Shown here piece after piece: positions 52,269-64,000 of a DNA stretch of 64,000 bases. A model generated the notes under the pieces. The model saw only the letters and a program-made list of their open reading frames with translations. It did no database searches and was not told the DNA's origin. Within the stretch, counting starts at the first letter, position 1. Each line of letters opens with the position of its first letter. The stretch is from the human T2T-CHM13v2.0 reference genome, Homo sapiens. Position numbers and translations under genes: made by a program. The stretch lies in NCBI RefSeq assembly GCF_009914755.1, contig NC_060944.1. One strand, given 5' to 3'.

Positions 52269-53545
52269 CTAGGTTGGTACGAAAGTAATTGCGGTTTTTG
52301 CATTATGGGAATTTGCCATTTGATATTGGAATACATTCTTAAATAAATGTGGTTATATTATACATCATTTTAATGGGCGTTTCTCTCTTTATACTTTTTT
52401 GCTAATGACTTATTACTTGCTGTTTAGTTTATGTTTATTTTAGACTATGGAAATGATGTTAGACAAAAAGCAAATTCAAGGGATTTTCTTATTTGAGTTC
52501 AAAATGGGTGGGTCATAAAGCAGCAGAGACAACTCGCAACATCAGCAACGCGTTTGGCCCAGGAACTGCTAACGAACGTACAGTACAGTGGTGGTTCAAA
52601 AAGTTTTGCAAAGGAGATGAGAGCCTTGAAGATGAGGAGCATAGTGGCTGACCATCGGAAATTTACAACAACCAATTGAGAGCAATCTTCAAAGCTGATC
52701 CTCTTACAATTACACGGGAAGTTGGCAAATAACTCAACATCGACCTTTCTAGGGCATTTGAAACAAATTAGAAAGGTGAAAAAGCTCAATAAGTGGATGC
52801 CTCATGAGCTGACCAAAAATTTAAAAAATCATCATTTTGAACTGTTGTTTTATTCTATGCAACAACAATGAATTTCTCAATCAGATTGTGATGTGCGACG
52901 AGTAGTGAATTGCATACGACAACCAGTGACGACCAGCTCAGTGGTTGGACCAAGAAGAAGCTCCAAAGCACTTCCCAAAACCAAACTTGCACCAAAAAAA
53001 AGGCCATGGTCACTGTTTGGTGGTCTGCTGCCGGTCTGATCCACTACAGCTTTCTGAATCCCGGCGAAACCATTACATCTGAGAAGTATGCTCAGCAAAT
53101 TGATGAGATGCACCAAAAACTGCAGTGCCTGCAGCCAGCAATGGTCAACAGAAAGGGCCCAATTCTTCTCCAGGGCAATGCCCAACTGCAGGTCTCACAA
53201 CAAATGCATCAAAAGTTTAACAAACTGGGCTACAAAGTTTTCCCTCATCCACTATATTCACCTGACCTCTCGCCAACCAGCTACCACTTCTTCCAGCATC
53301 TTGACAACTTTTTGCAGGGAAAATGCTTCCACTACCAGCAGGATGCAGAACATGCTTTCCAAGAGTTTGTCAAATCCCGAAGCATGGATTTTTATGCTAC
53401 AGGAATAAAAGAAACTTATTTCTCATTGGCAAAAATGTGTTGGTTATAATGGTTCCTATTTTGATTAATAAAGATGTGTTTGAGGCTAGTTATAATGATT
53501 TAAAATCCACTGCCCAAAACCACAATTACTTTTGCACCAACCTAA
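52269..53545 (+). mobile_element. Full-length Hsmar1 mariner transposon, defective transposase (remnant ORF 52447-53468)
   Basis: 30-bp TIRs (CTAGGTTGGTACGAAAGTAATTGCGGTTTT / AAAACCACAATTACTTTTGCACCAACCTAA), TA TSD (52267-68, 53546-47), MEMMLDKKQI start, WMPHEL and YSPDL motifs; multiple stops and frameshifts. Confidence 0.97.
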
Positions 53546-53998
53546 TATCTACTAAAGCTGAACATGCACATGCCCAGTGACCCACCTATGGAATCCTACT
53601 CCTAGGTATCCAACAGGAATGCATATGCATGTTCACCAAGGGACAGGTACAGAAATGCTTAAACAGTACTAGTCATGATAGCCCAGACTGGCCACAAGCC
53701 AAATGACCACTCATTAGAGAATGGTTAAGTGGCATATCATACAATAAAGTATTGCACACCAATACAAACTGTTGAACTACAATGTATCACAATAATGTGG
53801 CTGAATCTCATGAATATGTTAGGCATAAGAAGCAAAACAAAAGAATGAAATTAAAAACAAACAAAATTAACCTATGTTCTGTTCAGATGGGGCCACCTTT
53901 GGGGTAGGGACTCGGAAGGGCTTCTGCAGAGCTGGTTATGTTCTATTACTTGGTCTGTTGCACTGGTTACAGAGTATGTAAACTCTGTGACAAGTCAT

Positions 53999-55144
53999 TA
54001 AAGAGGATAAACAACTGTTTTTCTAAAGTCTCACAACACTTCTGACATCAAATATGTGGGTTTTCCACACTAAGCCATTCTCCAATTCTCTGCAAACCAC
54101 TGAATGTCCTACGATTCAACCCTGACACTGTGAGTTAGCATAGACCCCACAGATTAAGGACTTAGTTTCATAAAACTATCCCCTACTTAAGTCCTAGGTT
54201 GTCACATGTACTTCTGAAAAGCCAGCTATAAATCAGGAGTTTCTACAATCCCCTCCTCATGTTTGATAACTTACTATAATGGCTAACAAACCCCAGGGAA
54301 ATATTTACTTATGTTTACCAGTTTATTATAAAAGCTATTACAAAAGATACAGATGAACAGGGAGATGAAGAGGTATACAGGGAAAGGTATGAGGAAAGGC
54401 TATGGGGCTTTCATGCCTTCTCCAGGAGAGCCACCTCCCAGCATCTCCATGTCTTCAGAAACTCTCTAAACCCTATCATGTAGGGGTTTTACAAAAGTTC
54501 CATTATGTAGACATGATTAATTAGATCATTGGCCATTGGAGGTTGGAGTTCAGACTGAAAGTTCTAACCCTTTAATCACATGGTTTGTTCTTCTGTCAAC
54601 CAGCCCCCATCCTGAATCTTTCTAGGGGCTTTCAGCCACCAGTCTTCCACTGACATACAAAAAGACACTTTGATCACTCCAGGAATTCCAAAAGGTTTAG
54701 AACTGCTTGTGTGTCAGAAACCAGGACTAATAACAAATACAGTGAGCCCATCATATCCGAGATTCAACCAACTGCAGATCAAAAACATTTGGAAAAAACA
54801 ATAAAAAAAAAAAACAAATGTAAAAACCAGTATAGTATCACAACTGTTTGCACAGCATTTACATAGTATTAGGTGTTATTAGTAATCTATAGATGATATA
54901 AAGTATACGGGAAGATGTGCATAGGTTATATACAAATACTACATCATTTTATCTCAGGAACTTGAGCAACCTCCTATTGTGCTATCTGGGGTGAAGGGGG
55001 GTTCTTGAAGCTACCGAAGGACAACTACATTGTAATGAAAAATGCTCCTAGCACCCTTATCACTCAGGAAATTACAAGAGTTTCAGAAGCCCTGTGCCAG
55101 GAACTGTGAGCAGAGACCAAATACACATTTCTTATGATGTCATT
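53999..55144 (-). mobile_element. MER21-like LTR interrupted by Tigger3
   Basis: 'CAACACTTCTGACATCAAATATGTGGGTTTTCC...GATACAGATGAACAG...CACTCAGGAAATTACAAGAG'; GTCAT on both flanks. Confidence 0.75.
54740..55027. mobile_element. Tigger3a (MER7)-like MITE
   Basis: TA|CAGT start; 'GATTCAACCAACTGCAGATC...GCATTTACATAGTATTAGG...GTGCATAGGTTATATACAAATACTAC'. Confidence 0.75.
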
Positions 55145-55426
55145 GTCATCTCTCTGTCCACTTAGGATTTGTGCACTTTTCTCTATGTATGCCACTCATT
55201 AACAAAATTTACATTACAAAAAACCCTGTGACTATCTTAAAAGTGATATAGACTTCTGAGGTGCTTTGTTTTTCTATTCAGGAAGGTATTTGTGAGGAAG
55301 AAATGATTTGCTCTTGAATATTTAACCTATCTTTGTCAGATCTCAGGTTAGATTCACTCTTTAAAAGATGATGGTAAAAAGAAAATCCTCAGGAACATGC
55401 TGAGAAAGAAAAGCACCATGCTTCTT

Positions 55427-55740
55427 TTTAACCTTTTTTACCTTTCTTCTTTTTTGAGACAGGGTCTGGCTTTGTTGCCCAGGCTGGATTGCTGTGGTGC
55501 GATCTCAGCTTACCGCAGCCTCAAACTCCCTGGCTCAAGCGATGCCCCCATAACTTCAGCCTCCCAAGTAGCTGGGACTACGGGCATGTGCCACCACTCC
55601 TGGCTAATTTTTGTATTTTTTGTGGAGACATGGTTTTGTCATGTTGCCCAGGCTGGTCTTGAACTTCTGAGCTCAAGTGATCTGCCTGCATCGGCCTTCC
55701 AAAGTGCTGGGATTTCAGGCATGAGCCACTGCGCCTGACC
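55427..55740 (-). mobile_element. Alu (AluJ)
   Basis: Antisense dimer; perfect 15-bp TSD AGCACCATGCTTCTT (55412-26, 55741-55). Confidence 0.95.
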
Positions 55741-55947
55741 AGCACCATGCTTCTTAAAGGAGGGCCACAGCCTTCCACTTTCCGTCTCCTTTCCACTAAC
55801 CTGTTATGATCCTTGACCAAAGGCCAATTAAATAATCAGAGGAGACCCAAGAGATCCCTCTCTTCTCCCTCTGAAGAAAAACAAAGAGCAGAGCGGAACT
55901 GAGGATTTGGGATGTAAAATTAAAAGATCTAAGAAGAGGCCATGAGA

Positions 55948-56095
55948 TTTATTTTTATTTTCTTTTAAATTTATTTTTATAGAGACAGGATCTCACTATG
56001 TTGACCAGGCTAGTCTTGAACCCCCAGGCTCAAGTGATCCTTTTGCCTTAGCCTCCTAAAGTGCTGGGATTATGGATGTGAGCCACGCTCTGCCA
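55948..56095 (-). mobile_element. FLAM_C monomer
   Basis: Single arm; GAGATTT on both flanks. Confidence 0.8.
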
Positions 56096-57208
56096 GAGAT
56101 TTCTAAAAGGCTACAAAAACATTGGGTCTATTTGAGGGTGGGCCAAGGCATCCTGACCCATCCACCACTCAGCACATGGACAAAGATGAATTAAAAGAAT
56201 GAGGGGAATAAAAGGGAGTCAGCTGTGAACTGGGAAATGAATCAGCCTTGGAAATAATTAGCTCACATACGCAGTGCCATTTCTAGGTGTTCCCATAGCT
56301 CTTTATTATTTCCCTCATTCCATTCTCCCTTAAACTTTATCTCCCAATCCAAATCAGTCTCATTTTTGTTGCAAGGTCTCCTGGTTGGGAATCTGAGCCT
56401 GGCCCCCGAAGAGCAAGAATTTTCATCTACATGCAGCTTGCTTGTGGAAAGAAATCTGTTAAATGAGCTTTTTCAGTGTCTACCACTGCTGTTGTTCATT
56501 TGTTTCCCTTCAGCTTTTCCCAGTTGGTGCTCATTCCCTTTAATTTTTTACACCAACTTGTACCTTGTTCTTGGAATCCACACTCTCTTATCCATACTGT
56601 CCAAATAGAAAAAGCTGTGAAAACTAAGTTTTTTCTTAAACTGAATGGAAAACCGGAACTCACATGAGGCTGTTTATAATGTCAGTTTATCTCACTTACT
56701 GTGAATTTTTGTGTTTTATTGCAGAGACTTAAATGTGTTTATTACAGGATGCTGCTTTAGATCCCCCTGGAGATGGAATGCAATATGCAATATATGCACT
56801 GTATTATCTTTCTACAATCCAAAAATTTCAAATTCCAAAGCACATCTGGGATTGCAGAGCTGTAATCAAGAATTTTCTTCTATAATGGAGATAAACTTGT
56901 TCAGCTGCTGGAGGGATTGGGGTTAAATTTAAGCAATAGTCTTATGGCCATAAGAGTGGTTAAACACAAATAATTTCTCCCAAAGACTGTGTTAGGTTGA
57001 GAGATCAAAATCAATCAATATTTAACCTAGAGTTCAAACTTAAAAGTCAATTTCTAGCTGTCTACAGGACTCTGACCCTCACACATCAGATCTTTTTCCT
57101 AGTGGTAAAGTAAGGGGGTGGATGGGGAATGCAACTCAACACACTGGGGAGAGGCGTCATCAGGTCAGAAAGAAGAGAAAATAAAATATTAGTCTTTTGG
57201 CAAATTTT

Positions 57209-57508
<300 letters not shown>

Positions 57509-57699
57509 TTGGCAAACTTGATGTGTCTGAAGCAGGTGATAAGAACTTAGTTCCAGGAATGGGTTTGGTGTGGATTTCATAAAAGACTGGGTTTTTCAGA
57601 GGGATGGTACCCATTTACCTCCTACTTAGAAGGCTCCTCATCAGCATCAGCTGGTTAGAGACAGCGAATAAAACACAACTTTCAGTTACAGTATTTTCT

Positions 57700-57990
57700 A
57701 GGGCAGCGTGTCTCAGACTTACCGGTACACACAAATCACCAGGGCATCTTGTTAAAATGCAGATTCCAGTTCCTTAGGTTGGGTTGGGATTGAGATCCAG
57801 CATTTCTAACCAGCTGCCAGGTCCTTCTGTTGCAAGGTCAGGGCTTTTTAAACTTCAACTTGCGTATCCTGCAGGGCTAGTTAAACACAGCCCCACCCTC
57901 AGAGGGTCTGATTTTGAAAGCCTGGAGTGGGCCTGAGAGCCTGTGAATTCCTCCCAAGTAATGCGGCTGATGCAGGACCACATTTTCAGT
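57700..57990. mobile_element. MER5-family MITE fragments
   Basis: 'AATCACCAGGGCATCTTGTTAAAATGCAGATTCC...GCATTTCTAAC'. Confidence 0.55.
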
Positions 57991-58375
57991 GTTTTCAAGA
58001 AAAAATTAAATAAAACAAGCATGCCATTCTTTCAGGAGTATTATTTATTTTTATTTTTATTTATATATAATTATTGTACATATTTCAGATCTATCATTAA
58101 TATCTGAATATTCATTTTTGAATAGAGGTAAGCATCTAGATCATTTAGATATAACCTGGTGTGAAAAATCTCCTTGTAACCTTTATATGTTAAAATGCTA
58201 TCAGTAAGTTGGAGTATAAATATATATTCATTATTGTAGGAGTTTAAAGTGCTACTATAATTAGTGATTGTGAAAGCTGAGGATTTTACCTACAAAATCA
58301 ATAATTTAAAGCTTTCAAGTAGTTAAGTCAAGCAAGATCAGCAGCTAATAGAAATCTAGTAAAAGAGAATGTCTT

Positions 58376-58540
58376 GGCCAGGTGTGGTGGCATGCACCTG
58401 TAGCCCCAGCTACTCAGAAGGCTGAAGCAGGAGGATTACGTGAGCCCAGGAGTTCCAGGTTGCACTGAGCTGTGATGGTGCCACTGCACTCCAGCCCGGG
58501 CAATGGGGCAAGACCCTGTCTCTACAAAATAAAGTTACAA
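58376..58540 (+). mobile_element. FRAM / Alu right monomer
   Basis: Single right arm; TSD AGAGAATG(T/C)CT. Confidence 0.82.
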
Positions 58541-59067
58541 AGAGAGAATGCCTCTACTAGATAACTTTAGGAACACTCCATCCTTTTTGAACCAACAAAT
58601 GTTTACACAATTTTAAATAAGAATGGAAGGCAGAATAAAAGGATTATATGTAAAACATATTTGAAATCTTTGCAGAATTATTAGATTATTATTCATGACA
58701 TTAAAATAACCTTTAAAAACTGTATTTTTATTTCATGATTAAATTCCATTCCACCTATGAGTTTTAAAAGAGAACAGTCTACCCCGGAAGTTCCTTCTAA
58801 GTTGGTGATAGTTGGCTTCAGTCTGATATTTATTTAAACACTAGGCCAGTTAGCATTCAACCGAAATGAGTTTTGGCACACTTCCAGCACGAATCTTAAG
58901 AAATGAATCAGCGGAGCTCCCAAGATCATGGGTCAGACAATGCCCTTCCACCCCACTGGAGAAGCCCCAACCTCCCTGCCCAGCTCCCCTGCTTGGCACT
59001 CTTGTGGAATCTTGTGGAAAGTTAAACCAGTCTGTTGATTTCCTTTCTTGTGAAAGTTGGGTGAGGT

Positions 59068-59838
59068 TAGGGTTGCCAGATTAAATACAGGATGTTCAGT
59101 TAAATTTGAATTTCAGATTAACAATACATTATTTTTCAGCGTCTGTTCCAAATATACGGGACAAAAGAAGGCTTCCCCTCCGTGTGCCTTCCAAAGGTTT
59201 GCTGAAAATTAGCTGGCAATAGGCAGATTAGTAGGAGAATAAGACATACAAACTTATTTAACATGCATAAGCACAGGGGAATTCTGGAGGATGATTACTC
59301 AAATAACCCAGTGAGGTCCAGATGCATATATGCCCGTCTTCATAGGGGAAGAGGAGATGGGGATATAGGAGTGAATAATTTTTAGTGCGGAATGAATGGA
59401 CCTGGGTGGCAGGCAGTATCTTGTAAATGATTCTCTTTGGAAATTGATTGGGACCTGAGAACAAACAATGGTTTGGGACAAAGTTTGCCTGGGCTCTAGA
59501 CATGGTGTTTAATGTTCAGTCTCTTTCTCTGTGATATGAGTTTATCTCTTCTCTGGTTGATGAATTTCAGGGAAGAAATCAAAGGCAATTGTGCAATTTT
59601 TTGGTATGTCTGGTTTCTAGGCAGATAAGGGAATTTCAGAGAATAACCTCATCTTGTGCTTTGTGAGAAGTGTTGAGAGACAGGATCGGGGTGGTTGGTG
59701 AGATCAGAGAGATATTGAGGCTGCTTCCTTTGTTCTGCACGCCAAAGAGCCATATTTAGGGGTGTTGTTTTATGAACCCCAACATATCCAACATGTGGAA
59801 CATTCCTGTATTTTTATTTGCTATATTTGGCAACATTA
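59068..59838. mobile_element. MER53 hAT MITE split by an LTR
   Basis: Inverted arms 'TAGGGTTGCCAGATTAAATACAGGA' and 'TCCTGTATTTTTATTTGCTATATTTGGCAACATTA'. Confidence 0.75.
59153..59784 (-). mobile_element. ERV1 solo LTR (MER34/LTR29/LTR48-like)
   Basis: Minus-strand start 'TGTTGGGGTTCATAAAACAACACCCC..AAATATGGC'; 'AGGCAGATTAGTAGGAGA' motif. Confidence 0.65.
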
Positions 59839-60982
59839 GGCGAGGTACCAGCTGCAGGAAAATTATCATAAGATATTGTCTCTGAAACTCAACATTTCTT
59901 CCCTTGTAACATCAAATGGGAGACATGAAGAGGAGAATGATAGTTTCTTTAAATTTATAAGGTATGGTATAAAAGCAATTTGCCAAGGGCTCCATTTTTT
60001 AGTGTAAATTTCATCTAGTCTTTAAAACACTGGTTAAAAACTGAGGAAATCTTAGTTCCAGTCCCACTTCCACCATAGACTGGGTTTGACACGTTGAGAT
60101 AATTATTGATCTTGTTTCATGGCTCTAAGACACCAATGCTTATCAAATAAACCATTTAAAAAATGCCACCAGGAGAGAAAAAATGCTGCCAATTAAACTA
60201 TGACACAATACTAAAACACCATTGATGTGTGAAGATACATCTTTATTTCAGAGATATTAAAATGTGAGGGAAAAAATGAGCATCTTGGAATTCACAAAGC
60301 ATGATATTTTGACTTGCTTCACTTATATAATGAAGATAATTATCATTTTCCCTACCAAATACATATAAAGATTAGACCAAGAAATTAATAATCAGCTTTT
60401 GTTTCACAGTCTAGTTTTGAATTGCATGACAGGGAACTTTAGTTTCCAATATAGAAAGTTTTCCAGTGACTGAACCTGTAGAAGTAGCATAAAGAAAAGT
60501 GAAAATGTCTTATAGTTTGTTTGAAAGATTTTTTTCAGTTGTAGGTCAAAATTATCTGAGTCTTTTGATCCACTAGTGTAGAATCATCTTTATGGTTAGA
60601 GACAAATGTCATTTAAACAGGAAGCAGCTGAATGCAAGAGTTTGTGTCATCTGCCTGCTCATCTATCCTTTGATCTGTTGATCCATTGACCCACTGATCC
60701 ATCTACCCATCCCTTATTCATTCCTACCTCCATCTTCTATTTATCCATCCATCCATTTATTCATTGAATAATCCACCCAACATTTATTAAATTTCTATTC
60801 CATGCCAGATAGATAAAATTTGAGAACACAGAGATTAAATAGTTCTTGCATTCAAGGAGGTGCCAATTTTTTAAAAAAGTACTGAAATCCTCTACTTACT
60901 AAGAGGTCAGATCTTTTTGCATCCAAAAATCTCAGGAAAATAGCTTACACCTTCTCTTATGTGGACTACTCCCTTTCTCTGG

Positions 60983-62302
60983 TCAGGACTCAGAACACAG
61001 TATTACAAAGTATTGTGATACTTTTTGGAACACTGAGTATTTTTGAGCTGAAGGAGATAGGAAGGACCTCAGAAGCTAGAAGGTTTCCCTGATCTTCTCC
61101 CCCCATCCTGTCTCTCACCCCTTTTTCTTCCCCAAAGCAAGCCATAAGACCTTATGACCTACCTTTCCTGAAAGTAGATCATAATACTCTCATATGACAG
61201 ATGTCCTGGGGAAAGGAATGCTACACAGAGAGACCAAGAAGAAGCTGAACAAAGAGACTTTGCTGAATTTCCTCCTCAGTTTATTACTAGATCATGCACT
61301 TTTTGTCCAGTCATGTTTCTCCTCAGCTATCCACTTATTTCATCAGACTTAGCCTAAAAATACAGTTTTCCCTGCATCTTTCGGTCTTCATTTCTGAAGA
61401 TTCCATGTCATATAAAACTTTGATTAAATACATTTGTTACATTTTTCTCTTGTTAATCTGTCTTTTGTTATAGACGTGTCAGCTATGACCCCTGCAATGG
61501 GTGAGGAAAAGGTATTAACTTCTTTTTTTCTTTTTCTTTATTATTATTATACTTTAAGTTTTAGGGTACATGTGCACAATGTGCAGGTTAGTTACGTATG
61601 TATACATGTGCCATGCTGGTGTGCTGCACCCATTAACTCGTCATTTAGCATTAGGTACATCTCCTAATGCTCTCCCTCCCCCCCTCCTCCCCCCGACAAC
61701 AGTCCCCAGAGTGTGAAGTTCCCCTTCCTGTGTCCATGTGTTCTCATTGTTCAATTCCCATCTATGAGTGAGAACATGCGGTGTTTGGTTTTTTGTCCTT
61801 GCGATAGTTTACTGAGAATGATGATTTCCAATTTCATCCATGTCCATACAAAGGACATGAACTCATCATTTTTTATGGCTGCATAGTATTCCATGGTGTA
61901 TATGTGCCACATTTTCTTAATCCAGTCTATCATTGTTGGACATTTGGGTTGGTTCCAAGTCTTTGCTATTGTGAATAGTGCCGCAATAAACATATGTGTG
62001 CATGTGTCTTTATAGCAGCATGATTTATAGTCCTTTGGGTATATACCCAGTAATGGGATGGCTGGGTCAAGCGGTATTTCTAGTTCTAGATTCCTGAGGA
62101 ATCGCCACACTGACTTCCACAATGGTTGAACTAGTTTACAGTCCCACCAACAGTGTACAAGTGTTCCTATTTCTCCACATCTTCTCCAGCACCTGTTGTT
62201 TACTGACTTTTTAATGATTGCCATTCTAACTGGTGTGAGATGGTATCTCATTGTGGTTTTGATTTGCATTTCTCAAAAGGTATTAACTTTCTTACCCGTA
62301 CA
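60983..62302 (+). mobile_element. LTR37-like ERV1 LTR interrupted near its 3' end by L1PA
   Basis: 'GGAAAGGAATGCTACACAGAGAGACCAAGAAGAA...CTCTTGTTAATCTGTCTTTTGTTATAG'; ends 'CCCGTACA' after the L1. Confidence 0.65.
61522..62274 (-). mobile_element. 5'-truncated young L1 (L1PA3-like), ~750 bp
   Basis: Uninterrupted 172-aa ORF2p C-terminus including the CCHC motif [18 protein letters not shown]; 3'UTR has GAG (not L1HS ACA); perfect 15-bp TSD AAAAGGTATTAACTT (61507-21, 62275-89). Confidence 0.95.
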
Positions 62303-62429
62303 CGTCTCATTGACTATTCAAAGCCCACTCATTTCTTCAAAAGTCCGCTCAAATCCTCCCACTCCATGAAGTCTTGCCTTATGAATCTCCCCCTTTTCCA
62401 AATTCCCAAATTGCTTAAAGTATTTTATT

Positions 62430-63680
<1,251 letters not shown>

Positions 63681-64000
63681 TGAGTACGGGAGATGTTGCT
63701 GTAATTATCTCCATCAGAGCAGAACACCCTGACCTATCAGAAAGAAGTGCTGTCCAAGCCTTCCTGATCCTTAAAACTGAAGATAGGATAGGAAACCCAC
63801 TAAAGTGGAAATTACAAATGTTCACTAGGTATCTTTGACATAGGAAGAAAATGGAAAAGAGAGAGCTTTGGAGACAAAAACAGAATGCTCTCTGAGCTTT
63901 TTGTAATACCTGTAAGCTGTCTCCAGCACGTACAGTGGGTACCACATATATAAAATTCCGTTTTAAGACAAGTGAGAATAATAAAAAGAAAACTTGATAA

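Larger units (their letters stand above)
52200..55225 (+). mobile_element. Ancient L1M 3' end fragmented by Hsmar1 and MER21 insertions
   Basis: 'CACTGCTGGTGGGAGTATAAATTGGTACAACCACTTTGGAAAAC..TAGTA|TCTACTAAAGCTGAACAT' rejoins exactly at the TA; tail 'GATTTGTGCACTTTTCTCTATGT' at ~55165. Confidence 0.75.

Noticed and set aside
52910-53449. 179-aa transposase ORF as an active or domesticated gene (SETMAR)
   Set aside because: It lacks the DNA-binding domain, two of three catalytic Asp residues are mutated, the C-terminus is frameshifted, both TIRs are present and there is no SET exon.
58780-58795. ETS motif CCGGAAGT as a promoter
   Set aside because: An isolated 8-mer with no CpG island; one such match is expected by chance in 64 kb.
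59068-59838. MER53-derived miRNA hairpin (miR-1302 family)
   Set aside because: The two arms are separated by a ~630-bp LTR insertion, so a pre-miRNA-sized hairpin cannot form.

Overview
Primate (most likely human) non-coding genomic DNA, intergenic or deep intronic, with well over half of the sequence derived from transposable elements. I find no credible intact protein-coding gene, tRNA, rRNA or CRISPR array; nearly all ORFs in the track are by-products of Alu, L1, LTR or mariner sequence. Recognisable gene-derived sequence is limited to two processed pseudogenes: an old HIGD1A retrocopy (+, ~23368-25144, missed by the ORF track and interrupted by a tail-to-tail Alu pair) and an RPL23A retrocopy (-, 38110-38644, perfect 15-bp TSD, inside an MLT1C LTR). 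Other elements include a full-length but dead Hsmar1 mariner transposon (52269-53545), about 25 Alu/FLAM copies, two 5'-truncated L1PA insertions, a MER52 solo LTR, and several nested TE stacks with intact TSDs. The most unusual structures are small rearrangements that repeat annotation would not explain: (i) an antisense L1MB fragment that appears to have been re-retrotransposed as the 3' end of a cellular RNA (26432-26835); (ii) an 87-bp locally templated insertion with flanking duplication (3983-4069); (iii) a very recent 144-bp tandem duplication (12789-13079); (iv) a 159-bp dispersed duplication with a homogenised core carrying a splice acceptor (26869/28066); and (v) a consensus CTCF core that has arisen inside L1 sequence (5699-5713). 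Repeat subfamily names come from recalled consensus sequences, not from a database search, and the boundaries of old repeats are approximate.
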